Assembly: GCA_903936775.1 (NCBI GenBank)
Contig: CAIZWU010000099.1
Location: 3,043-67,042, forward strand
Direction: 5' to 3'
Origin: an uncultured bacterium
GTDB lineage: Bacteria > Verrucomicrobiota > Verrucomicrobiia > Verrucomicrobiales > V1-33
DNA: 64,000 bases
A model generated the notes under the pieces. That model was not told the origin of the DNA. It worked only from the letters and a program-made list of their open reading frames with translations, and searched no databases. Positions 8,274-18,442 of the stretch are shown here, piece after piece (within the stretch, counting starts at the first letter, position 1; every line of letters starts with the position of its first letter). The position numbers and the translations under genes are program-made.

Positions 8274-10583
8274 ATGAACCTCCGCCCTGTCCTCCTCCTT
8301 TGGCCCTTCCTCAGCCTGGTATCTGCCCTGCCCGTGATGGCACAGGACACCGAAGCCCGCCCGGCCCCGGGGCATTCACTTCATGGCAACAACTTCAGCG
8401 AGGGCCCCCGCCGGAAGGGACCACTGCTGCCCGGCATGGGCGCGGTGTCCTTTCCCGTGACCACCTCCAGTCCGGAAGCCCAGCAGTGGTTCAACCAGGG
8501 AGTGGGGCAATTGCATGGCTTCTGGTATTGGGAAGCGGAACGCTCCTTCCGGACCGTCCTGTCGCTGGATCCCGGCTGCCTGATGGCGCATTGGGGGCTG
8601 GCCATGGCCTGCCTCGACAATGCCGACCGGGCCCGGGCTTTCCTCGAAAAAGATACCGGCGCCGTGCTGGATAAACTCACCCCCCGGGAACGCGACTGGA
8701 TCACCGCGACCCGGAACTACCTGCAGCCCCAAAAGACCGAAGAGGACCGCAAGAAGGCGGTGAAGCAGTTTCTCAGTGACCTTGAGGATCTTGCGATGAA
8801 CCATCCGGAAGAGCTGGAAGCGCGGGCTTTCGTGCTCGGCCTGCAATGGGCCAAACGCTCCCAGTTGGGTTTGGAAGGCGCCAGTAATTTCGGCATGGAT
8901 GCCATCGGGCAGAATATCCTCGCGCAGAATCCGCTGCACCCGGCGCACCACTATCTGATTCACCTCTGGGATGGCGGCAAGACCGCCCGCGCCCTCAAGG
9001 CCGCGGCCATGTGCGGGCCGGCCGCGCCGGGCATCGCCCACATGTGGCACATGCCCGGACATATTTATTCCGGCCTGCAACGCTGGGCGGATGCCGCCTG
9101 GCAGCAGGAAGCGGCCGCCAGGGTGGATCATGCACAGATGATCCGGTCCCACACCATGCCGGACCAGATCCACAATTTCGCCCACAACAGCGAATGGCTG
9201 GTGCGCAATCTCAACAACCTCGGCAGGGTGCGCGACGCCCTGACCATTTCCACCAACCTGATCGAAATGCCCCGCATCCCGCGGTCGGCCAAGGTTTCGG
9301 ACCTGCCCGACCAGCAATTGAAGGAGGACCGCGGGGCCTGGGAACACGGCACCAACCGCCTGCGCGACACTCTCCTGATGTGGGAACGCTGGGAACTGGC
9401 GCTACAGCTGGCGGAGACACCCTGGCTGGAAAACGCCGGCGCTTCCACCGACCGCTGGAAGCGCAACCAACTGCTCGCCATCGCCGCCTTCCGCACCGGC
9501 GACACCGTCCGCGGCGCCTCTCTCCTCACGGAATTCGGGAAAATGCTCGACTCCGTCAGGACGGACCGCGCCGCCGCGATCGATGCCGCCGACCGCAAGG
9601 CCCGCGATGAAAAAAAGGACGCCAATGCCCTGCAACAGGCCATGGCCGATGCCTTGAAACCCTTTACCCAGAAGCTTGATCTGCTGGAACCTGCCTTGGC
9701 TGAGCTCCAGGTCCTGGCAGACCTCGGGCAAGGACAGCGCGAGGCCGCCCGGGCCAAACTCGACCGCCTCAAAGGCATCCACGACCAACGCCTCATCGCC
9801 ATCCGGCTGGAGTTGACCGACTTCGACAAGGCCGTCGAACTGGCCACCAGTTATGCCAACCGCAGCGATGCCCAGGTGCAGCCCCAGGCCATCCTGACCG
9901 ATGTCCTCTGGCGGGCCGGAAAGCAGGACGAGGCGCTCAAAGCCTTCGCAGCCCTCCGCCCCCTCGCCGGCTCCGCGGATCTGGATACTCCCTTGCTGGC
10001 CCGGCTGGCCCCTGTCGCCGAGGCCGCCGGGGTCACAGGAGACTGGCGTCAACCCGCCGCCCCTGCCAGCGATCTCGGCGAACACCCGCCCATGGAGTCC
10101 CTCGGGCCCCAGCGCTGGGAAGGCTGGATGGCTCCCGCCTGGACCGCCACCGCTCCGGATGGCTCCGCTCAAGGCCATGCCGGTCTCGCCGGAAAGCCTT
10201 ACGTGGCGCTCTTTGTGCTGGGCGGCTCCTGCTCCCACTGCAATGAACAGCTGAAAGCCTTCGGGGATAAATCCACCGCCTTCGCCGCAGCCCAGTTGCC
10301 CGTGGTGGTGGTCACCACAGACCCGGCCAACGACCTCGTCGCCCACCCCGCCTACCCCACCTGGAGCGGCGCCGATGGATCGTCCTACAAAGCCCTCGAC
10401 GCCTGGGATGATTTTGAAAACCAGCCCCTGCACACGACCGTCATCGTCGATGGCACCGGCCGCATCCGCTGGCAGCATAGCGGTTATGAACCCTTCATGC
10501 GGCCGGATTTCCTGCTGGAGGAGGCCACCCGGCTTTTCAAGTTTGATGCCGCCCGGCCCGAGACCCTCGCTGCCGTCCATTGA
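8274..10583 (+). CDS. Secreted helical-repeat (TPR-like) protein with C-terminal thioredoxin-fold (AhpC/TSA-like, CxxC) domain
   Basis: Start moved to ATG 8274 for the signal peptide MNLRPVLLLWPFLSLVSALPVMAQD. Long alpha-helical body. C-terminal redoxin block KPYVALFVLGGSCSHCNEQLKAF ... TTVIVDGTGRIRW. Confidence 0.7.
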   Translation: MNLRPVLLLWPFLSLVSALPVMAQDTEARPAPGHSLHGNNFSEGPRRKGPLLPGMGAVSFPVTTSSPEAQQWFNQGVGQLHGFWYWEAERSFRTVLSLDPGCLMAHWGLAMACLDNADRARAFLEKDTGAVLDKLTPRERDWITATRNYLQPQKTEEDRKKAVKQFLSDLEDLAMNHPEELEARAFVLGLQWAKRSQLGLEGASNFGMDAIGQNILAQNPLHPAHHYLIHLWDGGKTARALKAAAMCGPAAPGIAHMWHMPGHIYSGLQRWADAAWQQEAAARVDHAQMIRSHTMPDQIHNFAHNSEWLVRNLNNLGRVRDALTISTNLIEMPRIPRSAKVSDLPDQQLKEDRGAWEHGTNRLRDTLLMWERWELALQLAETPWLENAGASTDRWKRNQLLAIAAFRTGDTVRGASLLTEFGKMLDSVRTDRAAAIDAADRKARDEKKDANALQQAMADALKPFTQKLDLLEPALAELQVLADLGQGQREAARAKLDRLKGIHDQRLIAIRLELTDFDKAVELATSYANRSDAQVQPQAILTDVLWRAGKQDEALKAFAALRPLAGSADLDTPLLARLAPVAEAAGVTGDWRQPAAPASDLGEHPPMESLGPQRWEGWMAPAWTATAPDGSAQGHAGLAGKPYVALFVLGGSCSHCNEQLKAFGDKSTAFAAAQLPVVVVTTDPANDLVAHPAYPTWSGADGSSYKALDAWDDFENQPLHTTVIVDGTGRIRWQHSGYEPFMRPDFLLEEATRLFKFDAARPETLAAVH

Positions 10584-10616
10584 GTCCCTGACCCCGCCGG
10601 ACCCCTGCCTGCTCCC

Positions 10617-11138
10617 GTGACCGAACTCATCCTCAACCGCGACCACTACACCCGGCTCATCGCGGAGGAGGTGCCCCAGGCGAAGGAGTTTCTCTGGATC
10701 GCGACGGCGGACCTGAAGGATCTGCACGTCTCCCGGGGAAAACGTTTTGTGCCCTTCCTCGCGGTGCTGGCTGATCTGGTGGCGCAGGGGGTGTATGTCC
10801 GGCTGATGCATGCCAAAGAGCCCGGTCCCCGCTTCCGCGAGGACTTCGACCGCTATCCGGATCTGCTCCATGCGGAGTTGTTCGAGCGCATTCTCTGCCC
10901 GCGCCTGCACACCAAAGCGGTGATCATCGATGGCCGCCTCGCCTACCTCGGCAGCGCGAATCTGACCGGGGCCGGCATTGGCGCCAAAAGCGATCACCGG
11001 CGCAACTGGGAGGCCGGCATCCTGACCGATGATCCGAAGTTGGTCCTGCCGCTGATGGAGGAACTGGATACCCTCTGGCGGGGCGAGCATTGCCCCTCCT
11101 GCCAACGCCGCGACGTCTGCCCGGATCCCATCGCCTGA
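10617..11138 (+). CDS. Phospholipase D-like single-HKD domain protein (Nuc-type nuclease/phospholipase family)
   Basis: 173 aa with a GTG start. One HKD motif, HTKAVIIDGRLAYLGSANLTGAG. Confidence 0.75.
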   Translation: MTELILNRDHYTRLIAEEVPQAKEFLWIATADLKDLHVSRGKRFVPFLAVLADLVAQGVYVRLMHAKEPGPRFREDFDRYPDLLHAELFERILCPRLHTKAVIIDGRLAYLGSANLTGAGIGAKSDHRRNWEAGILTDDPKLVLPLMEELDTLWRGEHCPSCQRRDVCPDPIA

Positions 11139-11322
11139 GCGATGGATCAGGCGCCACCGTGGAAGGCGCGGGCACCCCTCCCTTGCCGGGCTGGAAATAC
11201 CCTCACCGGATGCCAACCCTCCGGGAGGCTTGGACTCTGCTCCCCGCCATCTGATCGGGTCTTGATTTTGCCCGTCATGGGCCGTTATATCCAGTTTCCC
11301 CAATGCTCTTCCACTCCCGCTG

Positions 11323-12615
11323 ATGACGCCCCCCTTGATGAAATACGACGATATCCGAGGTATCCTCCGCTATGTGCCTCAATTCCGTGGCCAGACCTTT
11401 ATCGTCCTGATCGACAGTGGCATCATCGAGCATGAAAACATGGCCAACGTCATGCTCGACCTCGCCGTCCTGCATTCCCTGAGCATCAAGCTGGTGGTGG
11501 TCTTCGGCGCCCGGCACCAGATCTCCGAACTCGCCCAGAAACGCGGCCTGACCCTATCCAATGCCGATGCCACCGGCGTGACCGATGAAGCTACCCTGGA
11601 AGTCGCCCTCGATGCCATTAGCCGCCTCACCACCGACCTTATGCAGCAACTCACCGTGGTGGGTCTGCGCGCCGCCGTGGCCAATGCCGTGGCCGCCCAT
11701 CCTGCCGGCGTGATCCGCGGGCGCGATCTGGGCAGCACCGGCACCATCGACCGGGTGGATGCCCAGTCGCTCAAGCTCTTCATCGGCGATGGCATGGTGC
11801 CCATCATTCCCCCGCTTGGTTATGAAAAGCAGGGCCGCGTGCTCCGGGTGAATTCCGCCGCCACCGCCGTCGAAGTCGCGATCGCCCTCGGGGCTTCCAA
11901 GCTGCTGTTTGTCGGCCCGGGGGCCATCGAAGACGCCACCGGCACGCGCATCCGCCAGCTTTCCGTCGATGAAGCCAAAGCCCTCGCCGCCCAAACCCCG
12001 GATTCCGCCGACAGCCTGAAGCTGGTGCAGATCCGCCACGCCGCCCGTGCCTGCGAAGGAGGGGTGCCCCGCGCCCACTTCCTCGATGGCCGGACCGACG
12101 ACGCCCTGCTCGGCGAGCTCTTCAGCATCGAGGGCGTAGGCACCATGATCTACGCCGACGCCTATCAACAAATCCGTCCGGCCAGGAAATCCGACATCCC
12201 CGGCATCATCGGCCTCGTGCGCCGCGCCGTGGACGACGAGGAAATCGTGGCCCGCAGCCGTCAGGAAATCCGCGAGCGCCTGAGCGACTATAATGTGCTG
12301 GAGGTGGACGGCCAACTGGTCGGCACCGTGATGGTACGCCATTACCCCGCCGAAAAACTCGCCGAGGTCGGGTTCCTCTACATTCGCCGCTCCCACGAGG
12401 GCATGGGGTATGGGAAAAAGCTCGTCAAATTCGCCGAGAAGCGCGCCCGCGAAGGCGGCGCCCGCATCCTCTTTGCCCTCAGCACCCAGGCCTATAACTA
12501 TTTCGGCAACAAGCTGGGCTTCCTCCCCGCCCAGGAGGACCTCCTCCCCGCCGACCGTCTCGCCAAGCTCCAGAAAAGCGGCCGCAACTCCCGCCTCATG
12601 GCCCGGGTGTTGTAA
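11323..12615 (+). CDS. argA: Amino-acid N-acetyltransferase (N-acetylglutamate synthase)
   Basis: Amino-acid-kinase domain followed by a GNAT domain. Blocks FIVLIDSGIIEHENMANVMLDLAVLHSLSIKLVVVFGARHQI and LLGELFSIEGVGTMIYAD align closely to E. coli ArgA. Length is 430 aa. Confidence 0.9.
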   Translation: MTPPLMKYDDIRGILRYVPQFRGQTFIVLIDSGIIEHENMANVMLDLAVLHSLSIKLVVVFGARHQISELAQKRGLTLSNADATGVTDEATLEVALDAISRLTTDLMQQLTVVGLRAAVANAVAAHPAGVIRGRDLGSTGTIDRVDAQSLKLFIGDGMVPIIPPLGYEKQGRVLRVNSAATAVEVAIALGASKLLFVGPGAIEDATGTRIRQLSVDEAKALAAQTPDSADSLKLVQIRHAARACEGGVPRAHFLDGRTDDALLGELFSIEGVGTMIYADAYQQIRPARKSDIPGIIGLVRRAVDDEEIVARSRQEIRERLSDYNVLEVDGQLVGTVMVRHYPAEKLAEVGFLYIRRSHEGMGYGKKLVKFAEKRAREGGARILFALSTQAYNYFGNKLGFLPAQEDLLPADRLAKLQKSGRNSRLMARVL

Positions 12616-12765
12616 GTTACGTATCTCGCAGAGGATGGAAGCCCCGGCCACGCCATGCGGGCACCAAAGGGGCCGGACCTACTTATCCAAAACTTTCCCT
12701 CCCTCCGCGCCCTCTGCGCCTCTGCGGTTTTTTGTATCCCTCCGGGCGGTGCCACCCACCCTGCC

Positions 12766-13308
12766 CTAAACCATCCCAAGCTGCATCCGGCCGACTTCGC
12801 TGATCATGCCCTGGTTCCAAGCGGGTTCCCAGACGAGTTCGACGCGGGCGTTGGCGATGCCTTGGAGTTGCATCACTTTGCCCTGGGCATCCGCCGCAAT
12901 GGTGGGGCCCATGCCACATCCCGGAGCGGTCAGGGTCATTTTGATGTCGACGACTTTGCCGCCGTCCTCTTCGGTCACTTCGCAGCCATAGACGAGGCCG
13001 AGGTCCACGATGTTGACCGGGATTTCCGGATCGAAAACGCCTTTGAGCTGCTCCCAGATCGCCGCTTCCAGTTCGGGGCCGCTCAGGGCATCCGCGGTAT
13101 TCCCGCCGGGGCCGTCCTTTTTCTCGATCCCGAGGGCATCCGCATTTTTAGCGGAGATGCGGGCGAGGCCCTGCTCGGTGGCCACGGTGTAGCTGCCGCC
13201 CAGGCTCTGGGTGATGATGACCTTGATCCCGGCAGGCAGGAGCACCATGTCGCCGCTGGGGATTTGAATGGCTTCCACCTCGCGGGTGAGTTCGATTTCG
13301 CTGTGCAT
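12766..13308 (-). CDS. sufT: Fe-S cluster assembly protein SufT (long DUF59/MIP18 form)
   Basis: 180 aa. DUF59 core FDPEIPVNIVDLGLVY ... MTLTAPGCGMGP preceded by the N-terminal extension typical of long SufT. Confidence 0.8.
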   Translation of the reverse strand: MHSEIELTREVEAIQIPSGDMVLLPAGIKVIITQSLGGSYTVATEQGLARISAKNADALGIEKKDGPGGNTADALSGPELEAAIWEQLKGVFDPEIPVNIVDLGLVYGCEVTEEDGGKVVDIKMTLTAPGCGMGPTIAADAQGKVMQLQGIANARVELVWEPAWNQGMISEVGRMQLGMV

Positions 13309-13609
13309 AAAATTAGGGGGGAGAGGTTGGGATTTAGTGGGTCAACCCTTGCGGCTTAACCGGCTGGCTCAACCGGAGACTTGCTGAATCTACCCCGGGG
13401 ACGGCCCATCCCTCCCCCGTCCCGGCGGATGATTGGTTCCCTGACAGGCCTGCAGGAAACTAAAAACCGGCTCCCGGCTCCGGGAGTCCGACGGATCGGG
13501 CAAGCCGCCGCCACACTGGTTGATGAAAGCCGCTCCCTTGGTGCGCGAGGCACGAATTCCTTTAAAAAAAGAAAGGAGCCCTCCGCTGCGGCCATTTAAA
13601 TCTTTTTCC

Positions 13610-16600
13610 ATGAAGTTCCTTTCCCTCCGTTTGCTGCTGCCGGCTGCCTGTCTTCCATTTTTCACGATCAGTGCCAGCCTCAGCCAGACGCTGCTGGTAA
13701 CCGGCAAGCCGGTGATGGAGACCACGGTCAAGGCGGAGAATCTGGATACGACGGCGTTTGCGGAGTGGGTGGACGGGCGGGAAATTCCGGTTTCCGGTGC
13801 GGACCAGGCGGAAAAACCAGGGTGGGCACTCTGGACGGACACCACCCGGCCGGGGCATTCCGGCCGCAAGTTCGGCGATACCAACAAACCCGGGGTGAGG
13901 CATCTGCGGATTGGATTTAAAACCCCGGTTCTTGCCGGCAGTGTCCTCGTCTGCGGGGGCGGCCGCTTGAGCGTGCTCCGGCCGGAGGCGGTTTATCCGG
14001 GCGGACTGGAAAACAACGGGGACTGGGTGGAGGCCGCACGGATGGAAAACGGTGAAGTCTCGCAAAAGGAAGTCGCTGCCGGGGAGCTGGCGGTGTGGGT
14101 GCTGCCGCCGGGGACGTCTACGCGCGCGCTGCGTTTTTCCCATGCCGCCGAGGCGTCGGATGAGGCTTACGCCGGGCATCTGGAGGGCGCTTTCATTTCG
14201 AGGGAGCGCTGGAATAACCTGGCGCCACAAGCGCTGGCCGGCGCCGCCGCCAACCTGCCAAAAGCCGGCCTGCTGAATAACAGCCGTCGCAATACCTTTG
14301 CCGAGTGGGACAATCTGAGCAGCGAGGCACCGGCTCCCGCAGGGCTGCCTGCGGTGTCGCCGCAGTATTCGCAGCGGGTAATGCTCACATGGCCCGCCCC
14401 GGTGCGTCTGGAGGCGTTGAATGTGATCGGGGCGGGGTTTTCCGCTGGGGAAATCCAAACCTACACCGGACCGGCGGACCGGCATCCGCGCGATGCGGCG
14501 GACGGCGACTGGCAAAGTCTGGGCAACGTTGCGGAGCTGCAAAACGGCTATCCGCTGCCGCTTTGGCCCAATCTGCTCCGCCTCCGTGAGCCCGTCACCA
14601 CCCGCGCGCTGCGCCTGCAGATGACCGCGCCGACCACGGAAGCAGGGCATTCCCATTTGAAGGGCCGCACCCGGGAGGGAAAACGGGTGTGGCTAGGGGA
14701 GCTGATGGCGCTGCAGTCCCTTGGCGACGCCCCGTTGCAGGCCGCGCCACGTCCGGTGGCCGCAGCGGAACCTCATCCTCCCATCCCCGTGCCTTTCAGG
14801 CTGGACCGTCCGGGATTTGTCACCCTGGTGATCGAGGACAGCACTGGGAAACGAGTGCGCAATCTGATTTCGGAAACCCCCTTCCCTGCGGGGGACAACG
14901 TGGCCTGGTGGGATGGCACCGATGACCTCGGCCGGGATTTGGATGCAGCCAGGCACGGCGTTTACCGGATTCCGGCGCAGTTTGTGACGCCGGGAGCCTA
15001 TCAGATGCGCGGTCTGGTGCGCGGGGAAATCGAGCCCCGTTATGAATTTCCCGTGTATGCGGACGGGAATCCCGCGTGGGAGACGGCCGATAAAACAGGC
15101 GGTTGGCTGACCAATCACACTCCGCCGCAGGCCGCGCTGTTTGTGCCGGCGGGGAAGTCGCCCACGGGTGCCGCCATGGTCTATCTGGGAAGCGCGGTGA
15201 GTGAGGGCGGCTCCGGTCTGGCCTGGGTGGATCTGGATGGCCGGAAACAGGGCGGCCGGGGATGGGTGGGGGGGAACTGGACCGCCGCCCCTCACCTCGC
15301 GTCCGACTGCGGGCCTGACGCAGATCCTGACACTTATGCCTATGTCGGATCCACCTGGACCGCCTCCAGCAACAATGAAGACCGGACCCACGGTGAACTG
15401 CGCATCACCGCCCTGACGGACAAGGGGGACCGCCCGGTCATCAAATATGCCTTCAGCCCGCCGGCCGCCGGTGAAAAGGACCGTCACTGGATCGAACAGC
15501 TCGGCGGCATCGCCGCCCATAACGGACTGCTGGTGGCCAGCCTGCATAAAGTTGGCACGCTGCTGTTTGTTGATATCAAAACCGGCGCGGTGCGGGGGGA
15601 AGCTCCCGTGGAAAGCCCGCGCGGCCTGGCCTTTGATGCCCAGGGGCGCCTGCTGGTGCTTTCGGGAACGAAGCTGCTGCGTTATACGGTCAAAGCTGAC
15701 GCGCCGGCAAAACTGCCCCTTCCGGACACGCTGATTGCGGACGGCCTCGAAGACCCCCAGGGGCTAACTTTGGATCCGCAGAACAATCTTTTTGTGAGCG
15801 ATCACGGCCGATTCCATCAAGTGAAGGCCTTCCATCCTGACGGAAAGTTCCGGCACGCCATTGGCAAAGCCGGAACTTCCCAGGCCGGGGTCTATGACCC
15901 GCTGCACCTGAATCATCCCGCCGGTCTGGCCATCGACGCCAACCAGCGCCTGTGGGTCACGGAAAATGATTTCCTGCCCAAACGGGTCTCGGTCTGGAAC
16001 CCGGACGGCACCCTTTGGAAAGCATTCTACGGCCCGGCCAAATACGGCGGCGGCGGCACGCTTGATCCTCAGGATAAAACCCGGTTCTATTACGCTGACG
16101 AGGCTCGGGGCGCGATGGAATTCCAACTCGACTGGGCGAAGGGCGAATCCAAGGTGGTGAGGGTTTATTACCGTCCGGGCCCCGGCGATCTAAAACTGCC
16201 GGACCATGCCGCCGCGCCGGAACTGGCTCTTTATCACGAAGGCCGCCGGTATTTCACCAATTGTTACAACTCCAACCCCACCGGCGGCAGCGCGGCGTTT
16301 CTGTTTCTGGACCGTGATGGCCGGGCCCATCCGGTAGCCGCCCTCGGCCGGGCCGCGGATTGGCCGCTGCTGCAGACCCCGGCGTTCGCCGCGCGCATCC
16401 CCGCCGGGACGGACTGGAAAAACCGCGGGCCCGCCTTCCTTTGGTCCGATGCCAATGACGACCATCAGGTGCAGCCGGATGAGGTGGAGTTTCAGGATTC
16501 GGTGATCGGCGGAGTGACGGCCATGCCGGACCTTTCGTTATGTGCGGCCCGCCTCGGGGAGAAGGCGATGCGCTTTGCGCCCACCGGATTCTCTCCCGGC

Positions 16601-17986
16601 GGCGCTCCGCTCTATCTTTTAAGCAGCGGCCAGACGCTGGCGGAGGGCGTGCAGCCCCCGGCTTCGTCAGGGGGGGATCAGGTACTGGCCGGCGTGGAGG
16701 GATGGAGCGCGGTGACGCTGGGCATGGCCCCGTTTGCACAGCACTCGCTGTCCGGTGCCAGAAATGGCCAACCGATGTGGAGTTATCCCAGCCTGTGGCC
16801 CGGTCTGCACGCCGGTCACGAGGCCCCCGCCCCGGACCGGCCCGGACAACTCATCGGCACCACCCGCCTGCTGGGGGGATTTGTCACACCAAGGGATTCG
16901 GACGCCGGCCAAATCTGGGCGGTGAACGCCAACATGGGAACGATCCATCTGTTCACCGCCGATGGCTTGTATGTGGCCACCGTGTTTGAGGACAAGCGCC
17001 TCGGCAAGCCGTGGTCCATGCCCGCGCCGGAGCGGAACATGAGTCTGAAGGGATTCACCCTCAGTGAGGAAAACTTCTGGCCCACCTGGAGCCAGACCCC
17101 TGACGGAAATGTCTATCTGATGAACGGCGCCAAGGCCTCGCTGGTGCGGCTGGATGGATTGGATAGCATCCGCCGCATCCCGGCCGCGCCGTTGCCGGTC
17201 ACCGCGGAGGACTTGCAGAAATCGCAGACCTGGCTGGCCAAACGGGAGGCCCACCGGCAGAAGCTCCAGGGACGCGGGGTTCTCCAAGTGGCCCTGCGCC
17301 CGCAGGCTCCCCTCGTGGATGGAAAGACTGATGACTGGGCTGATGCCGAGTGGGTGGATATTGATAAAAACGGAGTGGCGGCCAACTTCAATTCAGACTC
17401 CAAACCTTACGATATCACGGCGGCCGCAGCCATTGCGGGAGACCGGTTATATGCAGCATTCCGCACCGGCGATGCCCGGCTGCTGCAGAACTCCGGCGAG
17501 GTGCCGGAGGCGCCCTTCAAAACCGGCGGCGGGCTGGATCTGATGCTGGGAGTGAATGCCGCCGCCGATCCCGCCCGCCCCGGGCCCGTGGAGGGCGATC
17601 TGCGGCTATTGGTCACCATGGTCAAAGGCCAGCCCAAGGCCGTGCTCTACCGCCCCGTCGTCCCCGGCACGAAAACTCCAGTGCCCTTCTCCTCACCGTG
17701 GCGCACCATCACCCTGGACCGGGCCGATGACATCAGCGCCCAAATCCAGCTCGCCGGGGATGCTGCAGGCCAGTATGAATTTTCCGTGCCGCTGGCCACC
17801 CTCGGTCTGAAACCGGAACCCGGGCAGTCGCTCCGCGGTGACATCGGCATTCTGCGGGGCAATGGCACCGAAACCACCGCCCGGGTGTATTGGAGCAACA
17901 AAGCCACCGGCATCACCTCCGACGTGCCCTCGGAAGCCATGCTCACCCCCATGCTTTGGGGCGGCGTCGAAATCAAAGGAATGTGA
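13610..17986 (+). CDS. Large secreted multidomain protein with NHL-repeat beta-propeller
   Basis: Start moved to ATG 13610 for the signal peptide MKFLSLRLLLPAACLPFFTISA. FlgD-Ig-like segment (FVTLVIEDSTGKRVRNLI). NHL-type repeats (PRGLAFDAQGRLLVL, PQGLTLDPQNNLFVSD, LNHPAGLAIDANQRLWVTEN). The C-terminal DGKTDDWADAEWVDID segment resembles CBM9/DOMON-type modules; that last assignment is tentative. Confidence 0.75.
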   Translation: MKFLSLRLLLPAACLPFFTISASLSQTLLVTGKPVMETTVKAENLDTTAFAEWVDGREIPVSGADQAEKPGWALWTDTTRPGHSGRKFGDTNKPGVRHLRIGFKTPVLAGSVLVCGGGRLSVLRPEAVYPGGLENNGDWVEAARMENGEVSQKEVAAGELAVWVLPPGTSTRALRFSHAAEASDEAYAGHLEGAFISRERWNNLAPQALAGAAANLPKAGLLNNSRRNTFAEWDNLSSEAPAPAGLPAVSPQYSQRVMLTWPAPVRLEALNVIGAGFSAGEIQTYTGPADRHPRDAADGDWQSLGNVAELQNGYPLPLWPNLLRLREPVTTRALRLQMTAPTTEAGHSHLKGRTREGKRVWLGELMALQSLGDAPLQAAPRPVAAAEPHPPIPVPFRLDRPGFVTLVIEDSTGKRVRNLISETPFPAGDNVAWWDGTDDLGRDLDAARHGVYRIPAQFVTPGAYQMRGLVRGEIEPRYEFPVYADGNPAWETADKTGGWLTNHTPPQAALFVPAGKSPTGAAMVYLGSAVSEGGSGLAWVDLDGRKQGGRGWVGGNWTAAPHLASDCGPDADPDTYAYVGSTWTASSNNEDRTHGELRITALTDKGDRPVIKYAFSPPAAGEKDRHWIEQLGGIAAHNGLLVASLHKVGTLLFVDIKTGAVRGEAPVESPRGLAFDAQGRLLVLSGTKLLRYTVKADAPAKLPLPDTLIADGLEDPQGLTLDPQNNLFVSDHGRFHQVKAFHPDGKFRHAIGKAGTSQAGVYDPLHLNHPAGLAIDANQRLWVTENDFLPKRVSVWNPDGTLWKAFYGPAKYGGGGTLDPQDKTRFYYADEARGAMEFQLDWAKGESKVVRVYYRPGPGDLKLPDHAAAPELALYHEGRRYFTNCYNSNPTGGSAAFLFLDRDGRAHPVAALGRAADWPLLQTPAFAARIPAGTDWKNRGPAFLWSDANDDHQVQPDEVEFQDSVIGGVTAMPDLSLCAARLGEKAMRFAPTGFSPGGAPLYLLSSGQTLAEGVQPPASSGGDQVLAGVEGWSAVTLGMAPFAQHSLSGARNGQPMWSYPSLWPGLHAGHEAPAPDRPGQLIGTTRLLGGFVTPRDSDAGQIWAVNANMGTIHLFTADGLYVATVFEDKRLGKPWSMPAPERNMSLKGFTLSEENFWPTWSQTPDGNVYLMNGAKASLVRLDGLDSIRRIPAAPLPVTAEDLQKSQTWLAKREAHRQKLQGRGVLQVALRPQAPLVDGKTDDWADAEWVDIDKNGVAANFNSDSKPYDITAAAAIAGDRLYAAFRTGDARLLQNSGEVPEAPFKTGGGLDLMLGVNAAADPARPGPVEGDLRLLVTMVKGQPKAVLYRPVVPGTKTPVPFSSPWRTITLDRADDISAQIQLAGDAAGQYEFSVPLATLGLKPEPGQSLRGDIGILRGNGTETTARVYWSNKATGITSDVPSEAMLTPMLWGGVEIKGM

Positions 17987-18442
17987 TACCACGTGCTTCC
18001 CAAATATTGCCGGCGCTCTGGACGGCTGCCCTGCGGGATCGTTCCTTCACCTAAGCCACTTCTCCAAAAACCAGTACAACTCTACCCGCTCCGCCGTCGG
18101 AAAATCTTACCCGTCCTCAGGATAAGTGATCCGCAGTTTCTCCGGGACCCCGTGGAGCTCGTGGATTCTCCGCGCCTGCGGGGCAGCTTTTTCGATCCCA
18201 CGGTAGTCGAAGTCGCTGTCGCGCAGCGGCGGGTTGGAGAAGAAACGAGGTCAGCAGATAAAGCAGGAATCCCCGGTTCATTCAATCATCTGAACGGAAG
18301 ACGCGCCCCATGGCAATTCCGAAAGGGAGGGCGCGGGCCAAGGGCGTGGAGGTCGGTCTGACCAACTCTCCCAGCGCTGCCTTGCCGCTTACCCTGCCAT
18401 TGCCGATCCTCTACCCGGCCCACGTTCCGTCTGCGACAAAAG

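Noticed and set aside
12616-12765. Tandem CCTCTGCG CCTCTGCG followed by a T6 run, with a distant complementary CGCAGAGG, considered as the argA/sufT terminator.
   Set aside because: The complementary arms are about 80 nt apart and the local stem is only 3-4 bp. I could not draw a convincing canonical hairpin.
18110-18250. A 47-codon minus-strand frame with strong GC3 bias (..RFFSNPPLRDSDFDYRGIEKAAPQARRIHELHGVPEKLRITYPEDG*) in the 456-bp gap between the NHL-protein gene and hisC. It may be the 3' fragment of a lost gene.
   Set aside because: There is no start codon (the frame opens right after a TGA), I recognise no family, and it is too short to separate from chance in GC-rich DNA. It would need a tblastn or HMM hit to be reportable.
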